Shown here: in pieces, positions 18,618-27,398 of the stretch | Layout: each line of letters opens with the position of its first letter | Numbering within the stretch: the first letter of the stretch is position 1 | Source: Thermoplasmata archaeon | Lineage (GTDB): Archaea > Thermoplasmatota > Thermoplasmata > Lutacidiplasmatales > UBA184 | Length of the DNA: 64,000 bases | Direction: 5' to 3' | NCBI GenBank assembly: GCA_035297105.1 | Contig: DATGZO010000007.1 | Location: 18,593-82,592 of the forward strand | Notes under the pieces: model-generated | What the model was told of the DNA's origin: nothing | Seen by the model: only the letters and a program-made list of their open reading frames with translations | Databases searched by the model: none | Program-made: the position numbers and the translations under genes

Positions 18618-19438
18618 ACCGCGCGGCGCTCGCGATCCTGCTGGTCGTCGTACTCCTCCCGACCGCGTTCGTCGGCCTCTCTCTGACCGCGTCCGGGACG
18701 CGGGCCGCGACCCCGTCGTCGTCCGGCGGGCTCACGGCGAACATCACCGGCCCGACGATCCTCTCCGTCGGGAGCAACCACCGGTACCCGATCCACGCCA
18801 CCGGCGGTCCGGCCGTCCTTCCCAACGGGACGTTGGTCGGCAACCTCACCTACTACGCCTCCGTCTCCGCCCCCGACCTCACCGGCGTGACGATCACACC
18901 GGCCTCGGCGGCCCTGTTGAACGGCACGCCCGGCCAGCCGCTCCTCGAGGTCGGCAGCATCGCCCAAACGCTCACGATCAACGTTCTGCTCTCGAGCGTG
19001 TACAACAAGTCGAACGCCTCGGTGAACCTGACCTACACGGTCCATGTCGTGCAGCCCTACGTCGTCGCGGCGGAGATCGTCAACCTCGCGAACGTGACCG
19101 TCGGGAGCTTCCCGGTCCTCGTCGCCCTCGACGGGGTGCAGGTCGGCAACGTGACGGTCCCGTCCATCCTGCCCCACGCGGACTACAACCTGAGCTACAA
19201 CTACGCGACCTTGGGCTTAGGGTCCGGGTACCACACGTTCACGCTCTCGCTCGAGCTCGCCCACGGGCTCGTCCACTTCGCGAACGGGTCGACGTCGTAC
19301 TCCGAGACGATCTACATTCCGGAGGCGGCCACGGACTACACGCTGTGGTACGTGACGGGCGCGGTCGCGTTCGTCGGGGTGCTCTTTATATTGGGTGCCC
19401 GGCTGGGCGCGCGCCGGCGCAGCGCCCCGAAGAAGTAG
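18614..19438 (+). CDS. Secreted/membrane-anchored putative N-glycoprotein
   Basis: The start MNRAALAILLVVVLLPTAFVG (signal peptide) overlaps the aglB stop by ATGA. About ten N-X-S/T sequons are present. The C-terminal TM helix YVTGAVAFVGVLFILG is followed by a basic tail. Confidence 0.7.
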   Translation: MNRAALAILLVVVLLPTAFVGLSLTASGTRAATPSSSGGLTANITGPTILSVGSNHRYPIHATGGPAVLPNGTLVGNLTYYASVSAPDLTGVTITPASAALLNGTPGQPLLEVGSIAQTLTINVLLSSVYNKSNASVNLTYTVHVVQPYVVAAEIVNLANVTVGSFPVLVALDGVQVGNVTVPSILPHADYNLSYNYATLGLGSGYHTFTLSLELAHGLVHFANGSTSYSETIYIPEAATDYTLWYVTGAVAFVGVLFILGARLGARRRSAPKK

Positions 19439-19460
19439 CGCGGTTCCGGACGGTAGCTCC

Positions 19461-19634
19461 ATGCTCTCCACGACCGACCTGAGGTGCACGTCCTGCGGCC
19501 GGGCCGTGCCCGGACCAGGGGCGACCCAGTTCCCCTGCCCCTCCTGCGGCGAGGTCGAGATCGGCCGATGCGCCCGCTGCCGCGACCAATCGGTCGGCTA
19601 CCTCTGCCCCAAGTGCGCCTTCGAGGGTCCGTAG
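19461..19634 (+). CDS. Small zinc-ribbon protein (the type usually found upstream of aEF-1beta)
   Basis: MLSTTDLRCTSCGR...FPCPSCGEVEIGRCARCRDQSVGYLCPKCAFEGP contains four CxxC pairs. I chose the internal ATG of the listed ORF 19395..19634. The gene is adjacent to ef1b, as in many archaea. Confidence 0.65.
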   Translation: MLSTTDLRCTSCGRAVPGPGATQFPCPSCGEVEIGRCARCRDQSVGYLCPKCAFEGP

Positions 19635-19643
19635 GATTCGCCC

Positions 19644-19910
19644 ATGGGCCAGGTCGCAGTCCTGTTCCGGCTCATGCCGCAGGGCGTGGAGACCGACATG
19701 GAAGCGATGGCGAAGGCGATCCGGCCCGCACTCCCGTCCGGCGTCACCGTACGCGGCATGCAGGTCAAGGACATCGCGTTCGGATTGAAGTCACTCCTCG
19801 TGTCGGTCGTGATGGCCGACACGGGCGGCATCCTCGACTCGACGGAACAGTCCCTCGCCAAGGTCCCCCACGTCGAGTCGGTCGAGGTGATGGAGGAAGG
19901 GCTCCTCTAG
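19644..19910 (+). CDS. ef1b: Translation elongation factor aEF-1 beta
   Basis: 88 aa. MGQVAVLFRLMPQGVETDMEAM...IAFGLKSLLVSVVMADTGG...VESVEV is the characteristic aEF-1beta sequence and length. Confidence 0.9.
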   Translation: MGQVAVLFRLMPQGVETDMEAMAKAIRPALPSGVTVRGMQVKDIAFGLKSLLVSVVMADTGGILDSTEQSLAKVPHVESVEVMEEGLL

Positions 19911-19926
19911 CCCTTCCCGACCCTCC

Positions 19927-20910
19927 GTGGACCTCTTCACCCACGTCCTCCTCGCCTACCTGCTGACGTACGGGATCGTCGGCTTCCAGCCGTCCTACCT
20001 CGCCGCCGGCGCCCTCGCGGGAGGCCTCCCCGACGGGGACGTCTTCTTCTGGCCCCTCGCGAAGCGGTTCCCGATCCTCCGCCACCACGGGATCACGCAC
20101 TCCCTGTTCGGGGTGACGGTCGCCGCGCTCGTGGGCGCGGTCGTCGCGCCCATGTTCGCGCCCGGCGCCCCGCTGATCTACTTCGTCGTGATGGAAGCGG
20201 GCGGAGTCGCCCACATCCTCGGCGATGGGTTCACCCACTTCTCGGTCCCGCCGCTCCTGCCGTTCTCGGACGCCCCGCTGGAGCTGGACGCCGACCGCGC
20301 GATCAACTTCCTGACGCTCGCCGTGTCCGTCGCGTCGTTCTATCTCCTCCTCGGGGTCGAGCGCAACCACGTCCCCTTCCAGTGGTACGTCCTCACCGTC
20401 TACGGGCTGATGGTCTTCTACGGCGCGTACCTCGGCATCCGCCTCGCCGGACGGTACTTCATCACCCGGCACCGGGCGGCGCTCGCCCCGAACGCCGTAC
20501 CGATCCCCACCGGGAACCCGTTCACCTGGCTCCTGCTCTCCGAAGAGCGGACCCCGGACCGCATCCGTACCACGTGGGCCCGCTACCGGCTCGGACGCGG
20601 CCTCACCGAGGGTCCGTTCACCGTCCAAGCGTCGACCTCGCCGGCGCCGCATGTCGGGCCGCCCTTGAGCGCCCCGCAGGCGCTCGACTGGTCGTACCCC
20701 CTGGCCCGGCACCAGAGCCGGATGATGGACGACACGTACCACTTCGGTGAGGCGTTCGAGCGTCCCGAAGGCGGCTGGGAGGCGATCTGGTACTCGCTCG
20801 AGTTCACGTCGTTCGGTCGAGCGATGGCGGTGCGGGTCCGATTCCCGAAGGGGAACGGACCGCCGGTCGTCCGGTCGGCCTGGTACCGCCCGGTGAACGT
20901 CCGGATCTAG
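19927..20910 (+). CDS. Membrane-bound metal-dependent hydrolase (DUF457/YdjM-like) with extra C-terminal domain
   Basis: GTG start. The N-terminus MDLFTHVLLAYLL...GGLPDGD...HHGITHSL shows the DUF457 His/Asp pattern across several TM helices. A soluble C-terminal region of about 150 aa follows. Confidence 0.75.
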   Translation: MDLFTHVLLAYLLTYGIVGFQPSYLAAGALAGGLPDGDVFFWPLAKRFPILRHHGITHSLFGVTVAALVGAVVAPMFAPGAPLIYFVVMEAGGVAHILGDGFTHFSVPPLLPFSDAPLELDADRAINFLTLAVSVASFYLLLGVERNHVPFQWYVLTVYGLMVFYGAYLGIRLAGRYFITRHRAALAPNAVPIPTGNPFTWLLLSEERTPDRIRTTWARYRLGRGLTEGPFTVQASTSPAPHVGPPLSAPQALDWSYPLARHQSRMMDDTYHFGEAFERPEGGWEAIWYSLEFTSFGRAMAVRVRFPKGNGPPVVRSAWYRPVNVRI

Positions 20911-20945
20911 CGGTCGCTCGGGAACGCGTCCTCAGCGGCGGCCGC

Positions 20946-21224
20946 CTACTTGTACGTCGACTGGTGGGTGTTCCCTTCGTCGTCGACGATCGTGATGCAC
21001 TCGCCTTCGCACTCGAAGAGGCACGCTTCGCACATGATGCAGTCGGGGCCGTGGATGACGGCCGACTTCTCCGCGCGGAACTGGAACTTGGCCGCGACCG
21101 CGGGGTCGTCCACGACCGTCGGCCAGTTCTCGCGGGGCTGCATTTCGAAGACCGTTACGGGGCAAACATCACGACAGTGAGTGCATCCGGTGCACTTCTC
21201 ATGGGCCACTTCGACGCTCACCAT
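20946..21224 (-). CDS. 2x[4Fe-4S] ferredoxin
   Basis: Two cluster motifs are present: CTGCTHCRDVCP and CIMCEACLFEC. I chose the start at MVSVEV (21224) because a TATA-like box lies about 30 nt upstream. The listed ORF extends to 21245. Confidence 0.85.
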   Translation of the reverse strand: MVSVEVAHEKCTGCTHCRDVCPVTVFEMQPRENWPTVVDDPAVAAKFQFRAEKSAVIHGPDCIMCEACLFECEGECITIVDDEGNTHQSTYK

Positions 21225-21253
21225 GGGATAACCCACTCGTCTCACTGAGGATG

Positions 21254-21264
21254 AATATATTAAG
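21254..21264 (-). promoter_or_regulatory. TATA-like box (CTTAATATATT on the minus strand) for the ferredoxin gene
   Basis: Strongly AT-rich 11-mer in GC-rich DNA, about 30 nt upstream of the ATG at 21224. Confidence 0.5.
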
Positions 21265-21341
21265 TCACGCGCCCGGCGGCACCGGACCCCACTCGGCTCG
21301 AGGAGGATGGGCCCTGCCGGACGCCCCCGTCGCGGCCCGAT

Positions 21342-22193
21342 TCACGGGATGTCCGTCGGGTTCCAGACGGTCACCCGGGGCCCGCCCCGGAGGTCGTCGA
21401 GCCGTGCCATTTCCCCGTTCGTCAGCGCAAAATCGAACAGGCGCGCGTTCTCCTGGATCCGCTCCTTGCGGATCGACCGCGGGAGGACGACGACGCCGTG
21501 CTGCAACCCCCAGCGGAGGAGGACCTGGGCCGGGGTTCGGGCGTGGGCCTTCGCGACCTCGGTGAGCACGGGGTGGTTCAAGTGTCGGCCCCGCGTGAGC
21601 GGGGAGTACGCCGCGACGCGGATCGCGTGGCGGGCGCAATAGGCGAGCAGGTCGGGGTCGTAGACGAACGGATGGAACTCGACCTGGTCGACCGCCGGGA
21701 CGACATCGGAGTGGGCCCGGAGCTCCTCGAGGTGCCGGACCGTGTAGTTGCTCACGCCGATCGCGCGGCACGTCCCCTCGGTCTGCAGCCGCTCGAGCGC
21801 ACGCCACGAGGCCTGCCGATGCTCCGGAGTGGGCGCGGTCGGCCAGTGGATCAGGTAGAGGTCGATGTACTCTAGGCCAAGACGGCCGAGGCTCGCCCGA
21901 CAGGCGGCCTGCGCCTCCTCGAAACCGTGCTCGGTGTGCCAGAGCTTGGTCGTGACGAACACCTCGCTCCGAGGGAGGCCGCTCTCCCGGACGGCCTGCC
22001 CCACGTCGGCCTCGTTGCCGTACAGTTTCGCCGTGTCGACGTGACGGTATCCCTCGTCGAGGGCGCACCGGACCGCCTGCCGGGTCACGGCCCCGGGTTC
22101 GACCTGGAAGACGCCGAGGCCCACGCACGGGATCTCGGGTCCCTGGTTCAATCGGTATCCCGCTCGGAGCGAGTCGGGGACCGGTTCGGGCAT
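21342..22193 (-). CDS. Aldo/keto reductase (2,5-diketo-D-gluconate reductase-like)
   Basis: Has GLGVFQ, the DTAKLYGNE catalytic Asp/Tyr region, the VFVTTKLW catalytic Lys and LIHWP. Its 283 aa is typical for the AKR family. Confidence 0.9.
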   Translation of the reverse strand: MPEPVPDSLRAGYRLNQGPEIPCVGLGVFQVEPGAVTRQAVRCALDEGYRHVDTAKLYGNEADVGQAVRESGLPRSEVFVTTKLWHTEHGFEEAQAACRASLGRLGLEYIDLYLIHWPTAPTPEHRQASWRALERLQTEGTCRAIGVSNYTVRHLEELRAHSDVVPAVDQVEFHPFVYDPDLLAYCARHAIRVAAYSPLTRGRHLNHPVLTEVAKAHARTPAQVLLRWGLQHGVVVLPRSIRKERIQENARLFDFALTNGEMARLDDLRGGPRVTVWNPTDIP

Positions 22194-22216
22194 GCCGTCG
22201 GGAACCGACGGGCGGC

Positions 22217-22510
22217 TTAGCGCCTACCCTGGGGGGCGGCGACCGCCCGGAAGCGGGACGGCGTGCCCTGGGCGGTCTGGCGGACGTCGGACTGGCGGAG
22301 CTGACCCTCGTGCTCGTCGCAGAGTCCGAACGGCTGCCACTCGGCCGTCGCCGACCGGGGGTCCGTTTGGGCCGAGTACAGTTCCACCCGGTGGGGTCGC
22401 TCGTCGCACCCCCCACCGTAGCTCGGATCCGGATCCCCGAGCGTCGGGCGGAAGCTGTAGTCGTACGCCATTCCCAGTTGACAGAGCGGGCGCTGGAAGA
22501 TGTGGCTCAT
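22217..22510 (-). CDS. Hypothetical small Cys/His-containing protein
   Basis: 97-aa ORF with high third-position GC and a balanced composition. It lies 23 nt upstream of the AKR gene on the same strand. No family was recognised. Confidence 0.45.
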   Translation of the reverse strand: MSHIFQRPLCQLGMAYDYSFRPTLGDPDPSYGGGCDERPHRVELYSAQTDPRSATAEWQPFGLCDEHEGQLRQSDVRQTAQGTPSRFRAVAAPQGRR

Positions 22511-22628
22511 CGGATGCTCGGAGCCGCCGACATCGCCCCCGCTCTAAACCCTTCCCTCGCGGCCCGGTCCCCCAAGGCGCTAAGTTGGGTCCCCGGGTCC
22601 GCCGCCGGCGGGAGGGACCACCGGCTCG

Positions 22629-23459
22629 ATGCCCACGATCGACGTGCGTCACGTGCAGTTGCATTACGAGCAGGCGGGGAGCTCGGGGGACCCGACCGTC
22701 CTGATCCACGGCTCGATGGTCGATTCCTCGAACTTTGCCCGCGTCGTTCCCGGTCTCTCCCGGGGCCTCACCGTACTGACGTACGATCGGCGTGGGTTCG
22801 GGGGCAGCACGCCAGGTCCGCGAGCCACCCCGGTCGAAACCGACACGCTCGACCTCGCCGCTCTCCTCGAGGCGACCGACTTCTACCCCGTCCATGTGGT
22901 CGGCCATTCGTACGGCGCGGCGGTGGCGCTCCGCCTCGCCGCCGAGCGCCCGGAGCTCGTGCGGAGCCTCGCCCTCCATGAACCTCCCTTCGTCGGGCTC
23001 CTGGCCGACCGACCCGAATCGGCCGTGGAAGGGGAGCGGTTCCTCCGCGGGATCGACTCGATCCGGGCCCAGATCCGGGCCGGCGACCGGCCGGGGGCGG
23101 CCCGGAACGTTGTCGAGATCTTCTCGCTCACGGGAGGAGCTTGGGACCGACTCCCCGAGACCGTGCGCGACGGGTTCGCGAACCTGATGGACCGATGGTC
23201 CGAGGAGTATGGGGATCCCGACGCCTTGCGACCGCGTCCCGACTCGCTCCGGGAGACCCTGGTCCCGGCGCTGCTGACGACCGGCTCGGAGAGCCCGGAC
23301 TTCCTCCGACACATCCGGGACCGCTTGGCGGTCGAAATGCCGAATCCCACGGTGCGCGCGATCCCGCACGCGGGGCACGCCCCGCAAGTGACGGCCCCGG
23401 AGGCGTACGTCGGCCTCCTCCTGACGTTCCTGCTCGAACGCAACGTTCCGGTTTCGTGA
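22629..23459 (+). CDS. Alpha/beta hydrolase
   Basis: The oxyanion region VLIHGS, the nucleophile elbow VGHSYGA and a C-terminal HAGHAP histidine region are all present. Confidence 0.85.
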   Translation: MPTIDVRHVQLHYEQAGSSGDPTVLIHGSMVDSSNFARVVPGLSRGLTVLTYDRRGFGGSTPGPRATPVETDTLDLAALLEATDFYPVHVVGHSYGAAVALRLAAERPELVRSLALHEPPFVGLLADRPESAVEGERFLRGIDSIRAQIRAGDRPGAARNVVEIFSLTGGAWDRLPETVRDGFANLMDRWSEEYGDPDALRPRPDSLRETLVPALLTTGSESPDFLRHIRDRLAVEMPNPTVRAIPHAGHAPQVTAPEAYVGLLLTFLLERNVPVS

Positions 23460-23484
23460 GGGAGCGTCGGTCGGTGGAGGGCCA

Positions 23485-24339
23485 CTACTTCTCCGACTTG
23501 CCCGCTCGGTGCGTCGGACGGGGGGTGCCGATCGTCGGGTCCTCCAGCAGGTCGAGCACGCCCTTTCCCAGCCATTGACCGCCGTCGACCGCCAGGACCT
23601 GACCGGTGATGTAGGAAGCGCGCGGGCTGGCGAGGAACCGGACCGCGTCCGCGATCTCCTCCGCGGTCCCGAATCGGCCGAGCGGAACCCCCTGACGGAT
23701 CCGCTCGACCAGTTCCGCCGAAAGCCAGAGATGCTCGTCCGTTCCCTGGGTCCGGACGGGGCCGGGGGCCACGGCGTTCACGCGGATGCCGTAGTGCGCC
23801 CACTCGACCGCGAGCGTCCGGGTGAGGGCCAGCACGCCGGCCTTGGCCGAGGCGGAGTGCGCGGTTCCCGGACCCGCCATCCAGGCGTAGGAGGCAACGA
23901 TGTTCACCACGGAGGGAGACGGAGCCGCACGGAGGAGCGGCAGCGCGGCCCGAGAGCAGAAGAACGTGCCGTCCAAGACGATCCGGACGACCGCCGACCA
24001 CCCGTTCGGGCTGATCTTCTCTGCGGGGGAGATGAAGTTCCCGGCGGCGTTGTTCACGAGCACGTCGAGGCGGCCGTACTCGGTCCGAACTCGCTCGACC
24101 AGGTGATCGACCTGGGCCGCCTCGCGCACGTCGGTCGGGACAGTGAGGACCCGGCCGCCCCGGCCCGCCAGGGCCTGAGCCCCTTCGGCCAGGTGCGCCT
24201 CGGACCGGCTGGCGATCGCGAGGTCGTACCCATCCTCGGCAAACCCGAGGGCGATCGCGAGGCCGATCCCGGTCCCCCCTCCCGTGACGAGGGCCACGGG
24301 CCGCGACGGGGAGGGGACGCCCGTTCGCGCGTCGGTCAT
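23485..24339 (-). CDS. SDR-family oxidoreductase (2,4-dienoyl-CoA / enoyl reductase-like)
   Basis: Carries the Rossmann motif VTGGGTGIG, the NNAAGNF motif and SASKAG at the catalytic Ser/Lys region. Confidence 0.9.
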   Translation of the reverse strand: MTDARTGVPSPSRPVALVTGGGTGIGLAIALGFAEDGYDLAIASRSEAHLAEGAQALAGRGGRVLTVPTDVREAAQVDHLVERVRTEYGRLDVLVNNAAGNFISPAEKISPNGWSAVVRIVLDGTFFCSRAALPLLRAAPSPSVVNIVASYAWMAGPGTAHSASAKAGVLALTRTLAVEWAHYGIRVNAVAPGPVRTQGTDEHLWLSAELVERIRQGVPLGRFGTAEEIADAVRFLASPRASYITGQVLAVDGGQWLGKGVLDLLEDPTIGTPRPTHRAGKSEK

Positions 24340-24387
24340 GGCGAGTGGAATCGTGTGGACTCTAAAACGTGAGCCGCGGCCCCCAAG

Positions 24388-24714
24388 TCACGACGTCAGC
24401 GCGGCTCGTACGCGGTCGACGTCCCGAGTACCCAGGCCCACGCCGGCGACCCCATCGATCCGGAGCGTTACCTCCCCGTCGCGGAACACGACGACCGTAG
24501 GGACCACCTCGATCTCGAACTGCTCCCAGAGGGGATTCTCGAGGTCGGTCAGGTCGACCCGAGCGAGATGAAACCCGGGGGGACCCGCGAGCGAGGCGAA
24601 CGGCGGAAGGAACGCACGGCAGAAGGGGCACCAGTCGGCCGAGAACACGACCGCATACCGGCCTGGCCGCCGCAGGGTCTGAGCTTCGAACTGGTCCTCG
24701 GAAAGCGAATCCAT
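24388..24714 (-). CDS. Thioredoxin-fold protein
   Basis: 108 aa with a WCPFC redox motif and the VPTVVVF cis-Pro region typical of thioredoxin-like proteins. Confidence 0.8.
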   Translation of the reverse strand: MDSLSEDQFEAQTLRRPGRYAVVFSADWCPFCRAFLPPFASLAGPPGFHLARVDLTDLENPLWEQFEIEVVPTVVVFRDGEVTLRIDGVAGVGLGTRDVDRVRAALTS

Positions 24715-24837
24715 CGGTCTTCGGGCGGCGCCACGGGCGGTTTGGTCATCCGATTATCGCCCCCTCCCCCGAAGCCGTCAGGGTGCGCTCGCCCGCAGGG
24801 TCAAGACCCGGGAACGCGTGGCCCTCCCGAGGCGACC

Positions 24838-25920
24838 ATGTCGATCCAGGTACCGATCTCTGCGCGCACCGAGTTGGTGTTCCCCGGCCCCCTCAAGGGG
24901 AGCGTCGTCACGCACCCGTTCGAAAGCGATCTACTCCGGGACAATCCCTGGGGGGACCCCAGCACCCGAGACCTTCCGGTGTACCTCCCGCCCTCCGGTC
25001 GCACCGAGGGTCTCCCGCTGCTGGTCCTCCTGAGCGGATACACGGGGGCGGGGTGGGGGCACTTCACCCGACCTCAATACCTCCGTAGCACCATCGTCCG
25101 TCGACTCGACCGGCTGATCCGAACCGGGGGCGTGAAGGAGGCGGTCCTCGTGGCACCCGATTGCCTGACCACGCTCGGCGGCAGTCAGTACCTCAACTCC
25201 ACCGCCACCGGACCCTACGAGGACTACGTGGTGCGGGAGATCGTTCCGTGGATCCAGGAAAAATACCGGACCGGCCCCATCGCCATTCTCGGAACCTCGA
25301 GCGGAGGGTACGGGGCCTTGGTCCTGTCCCTGCGCCATCCCGACCTCTTCCGGGCCGCAGGCTCGAACGCGGGGGACGCCTACTTCGAGTACACGTACGC
25401 GAGCGAGTTCCCGATCGCCTTCCGGGCGCTTCGAAAGGCCGGGGGTCCCGAGGCGCTCCTGCGGCAACTGCTCTCGGGTCCGGTCAGCGGGTTCGGGCCG
25501 ACCAATCCGATGGTACAGGCCCTGGAGATGCTGGGGTACGCCTCTTGCTATTCGCCGGTTGAGAACGAACCGGGTCGATTCGAACTTCCCTTTGACCTCG
25601 ACACGGGGGCGCTGCGCCCCGAGGTCTGGTCCCGATGGCTGGCCTGGGATCCCGTACGCATGGTTCAAACCCCCCGCTATGCCGAGGCGGCGCGTCGGCT
25701 GGCGTACCTGTACGTCGACGGAGGAATCCGGGATGAGTATGGCCTCGACGTCGGCGCCCGGATCTTCGCCGCGACGGCGCGCGCGCAAGGGGTTCGGGTC
25801 GACCACCAGGAGTTCGACGGGATCCATTCGGACGGTGGGCCCCGCTACGACGTCATGATCCCCCGTCTCGTCGCCGCCCTCGAGGTCGGTGGAGCATCCC
25901 CGACCTCGGCATCCGTTTAG
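24838..25920 (+). CDS. Putative esterase (esterase D / enterochelin esterase-like family)
   Basis: GTSSGGYGA is a GxSxG nucleophile motif, preceded by LPLLVLLSGYTG. I chose the internal ATG at 24838 (MSIQVP...). The upstream 90 aa of the listed ORF overlap the thioredoxin gene and its promoter region. Confidence 0.8.
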   Translation: MSIQVPISARTELVFPGPLKGSVVTHPFESDLLRDNPWGDPSTRDLPVYLPPSGRTEGLPLLVLLSGYTGAGWGHFTRPQYLRSTIVRRLDRLIRTGGVKEAVLVAPDCLTTLGGSQYLNSTATGPYEDYVVREIVPWIQEKYRTGPIAILGTSSGGYGALVLSLRHPDLFRAAGSNAGDAYFEYTYASEFPIAFRALRKAGGPEALLRQLLSGPVSGFGPTNPMVQALEMLGYASCYSPVENEPGRFELPFDLDTGALRPEVWSRWLAWDPVRMVQTPRYAEAARRLAYLYVDGGIRDEYGLDVGARIFAATARAQGVRVDHQEFDGIHSDGGPRYDVMIPRLVAALEVGGASPTSASV

Positions 25921-25970
25921 TATCCCCCCCGTCTCGGGAGGCCGAGGACCCGCGTCCTCGGAGCCGGTGC

Positions 25971-26120
25971 ATGATCCGAGAGGGCCAGTTGGTGTGCGAC
26001 GCGTGCCTGCAGGGGATCACTCGCATCACCTCCGTTCCGGAGGAAGGATGGGAAAAGATGCACAACCTCTGCTCGAGCTGCTTCGCCGCCCTTTCCGAGA
26101 AGTCCGTCGCGCGAGGCTAG
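25971..26120 (+). CDS. Unlisted 49-aa zinc-ribbon-like micro-protein
   Basis: ATG at 25971 and TAG at 26118-26120. Translation is MIREGQLVCDACLQGITRITSVPEEGWEKMHNLCSSCFAALSEKSVARG, with a CxxC...CxxC arrangement. Third-position GC is high. It falls below the 60-aa cutoff of the ORF track. Confidence 0.4.
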   Translation: MIREGQLVCDACLQGITRITSVPEEGWEKMHNLCSSCFAALSEKSVARG

Positions 26121-26674
26121 GTCGCGTCCGAGCCCTCCAGGGGCACTAGCGTTTCGTCCTCGAACCACGCGAGGACGATGAAGTACCAGCTCAGCACGAG
26201 CAGCGCCGCGAGGTCCGGACATTCGGCTCCGGCCGTCGAGGTGAGGATCGCTCCCCCCGTCAGTTTCCGCCCCTCGCGGACCGGTTCCAAGTGGACGAGC
26301 TCCGCGCCCGCTTCCGTGGTGATCTGCCAGGCCGGGACGAGGATGCCCGCTCGGTGGAAACGGTAGACGGCCCCTCCCGCGAAGGAGACGGAGTGGTAGT
26401 TGAAATGGACCGAGATCCGCGCTAGCGCGGCTTCGGAATCCGTCGTCCGCAGGGTCACGTGCGGGTTGAGGAAGCCGCCCCGCTTGAGGGTCCAAAGGTC
26501 GGCGGCCGTCTCCGCATGGGCGAGGGATCCGGAACGGTCGGCCCAACGGAGTTGGGCGAGAGGGAGGTCGCCCGAGGAGAGCGTGAACACGAAGGGAGAG
26601 TCGGCGGTCTTGAGCCAGCGGAGAGCAGCCAGGTCGGCGGTGGAGAACGGGACGAGCGTCACGCGCGGCTGCAC
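26117..26674 (-). CDS. Hypothetical beta-rich protein with C-terminal hydrophobic helix
   Basis: 185-aa ORF with ordinary composition. It contains a repeated beta-hairpin-like pattern (WTLKRGGFLNPHVTLRT / YRFHRAGILVPAWQITT) and a C-terminal helix LAALLVLSWYFIVLAWF. Confidence 0.6.
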   Translation of the reverse strand: MQPRVTLVPFSTADLAALRWLKTADSPFVFTLSSGDLPLAQLRWADRSGSLAHAETAADLWTLKRGGFLNPHVTLRTTDSEAALARISVHFNYHSVSFAGGAVYRFHRAGILVPAWQITTEAGAELVHLEPVREGRKLTGGAILTSTAGAECPDLAALLVLSWYFIVLAWFEDETLVPLEGSDAT

Positions 26675-26704
26675 CCCGCTGATACCTCTTAACCGTCGCC
26701 CGCC

Positions 26705-27325
26705 CTACGAGGTCGGCGCGACCTTGGGAGGGGGCGGGGCCCGGGGCACCAGGGCCTGTTCGATCCCGTCCAGGTCCCGCAGGGCGTCCTCCACCGAGAC
26801 GAACTCTGCCGGATCCCCGATCGGGGGCTGGGGCACTTCACGGGCTCCTTCCTCGTCCCATACGGGGGCCCCAGCGAGGGAGTCTCCGAAATCGCTCGCG
26901 GATGGCCGGTACGTCGGGGCCTCGCTTCGCTCCCGGACGTCCGGGCCCGGACGACCAAAGTCGGTCCGCTTCCGTTGGGGCGGAACGACTCCGCCGGCCA
27001 TCCTCGGTGCGTCCGGAACCGGCTTTCCGGTCGGCCGCGGGGACGGGGACGTCGACGGGGGCTCGGCGACCAGCAGCCACGAGGCGACGCCTCCGATCGC
27101 GCTGACGAAACCGAGGGCGATCAGGAGGGCCCAGAGGGTGAAGAAGCCCGGACCGTAGTGGGGGTCGAGGTAGAACGCGACCACACCGACCGCGAAGAAC
27201 ACCCCCGCCACGACGAACAGCGGGAGGCTTCGAACGAAGTTGACGGAGAGGAGAGGAGGCTCGGGCGCATCCGCCGACCGAGACATGATCCGTATCGCCC
27301 TTGCTCCGTAGAGGGGACTCCCCAC
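26705..27325 (-). CDS. Membrane protein with two TM helices and a Pro-rich disordered tail
   Basis: TM segments are LPLFVVAGVFFAVGVVAFY and FFTLWALLIALGFVSAIGGVASWLLV. The start is uncertain, either M1 at 27325 or MSRSADAP at 27286. Confidence 0.55.
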   Translation of the reverse strand: MGSPLYGARAIRIMSRSADAPEPPLLSVNFVRSLPLFVVAGVFFAVGVVAFYLDPHYGPGFFTLWALLIALGFVSAIGGVASWLLVAEPPSTSPSPRPTGKPVPDAPRMAGGVVPPQRKRTDFGRPGPDVRERSEAPTYRPSASDFGDSLAGAPVWDEEGAREVPQPPIGDPAEFVSVEDALRDLDGIEQALVPRAPPPPKVAPTS

Positions 27326-27398
27326 CTATTCAGGGTATCGACGAGCGTGGGAGGCCCCAGATCGGGGTACCACGACGAATAACTCCACCCCGTAGACC

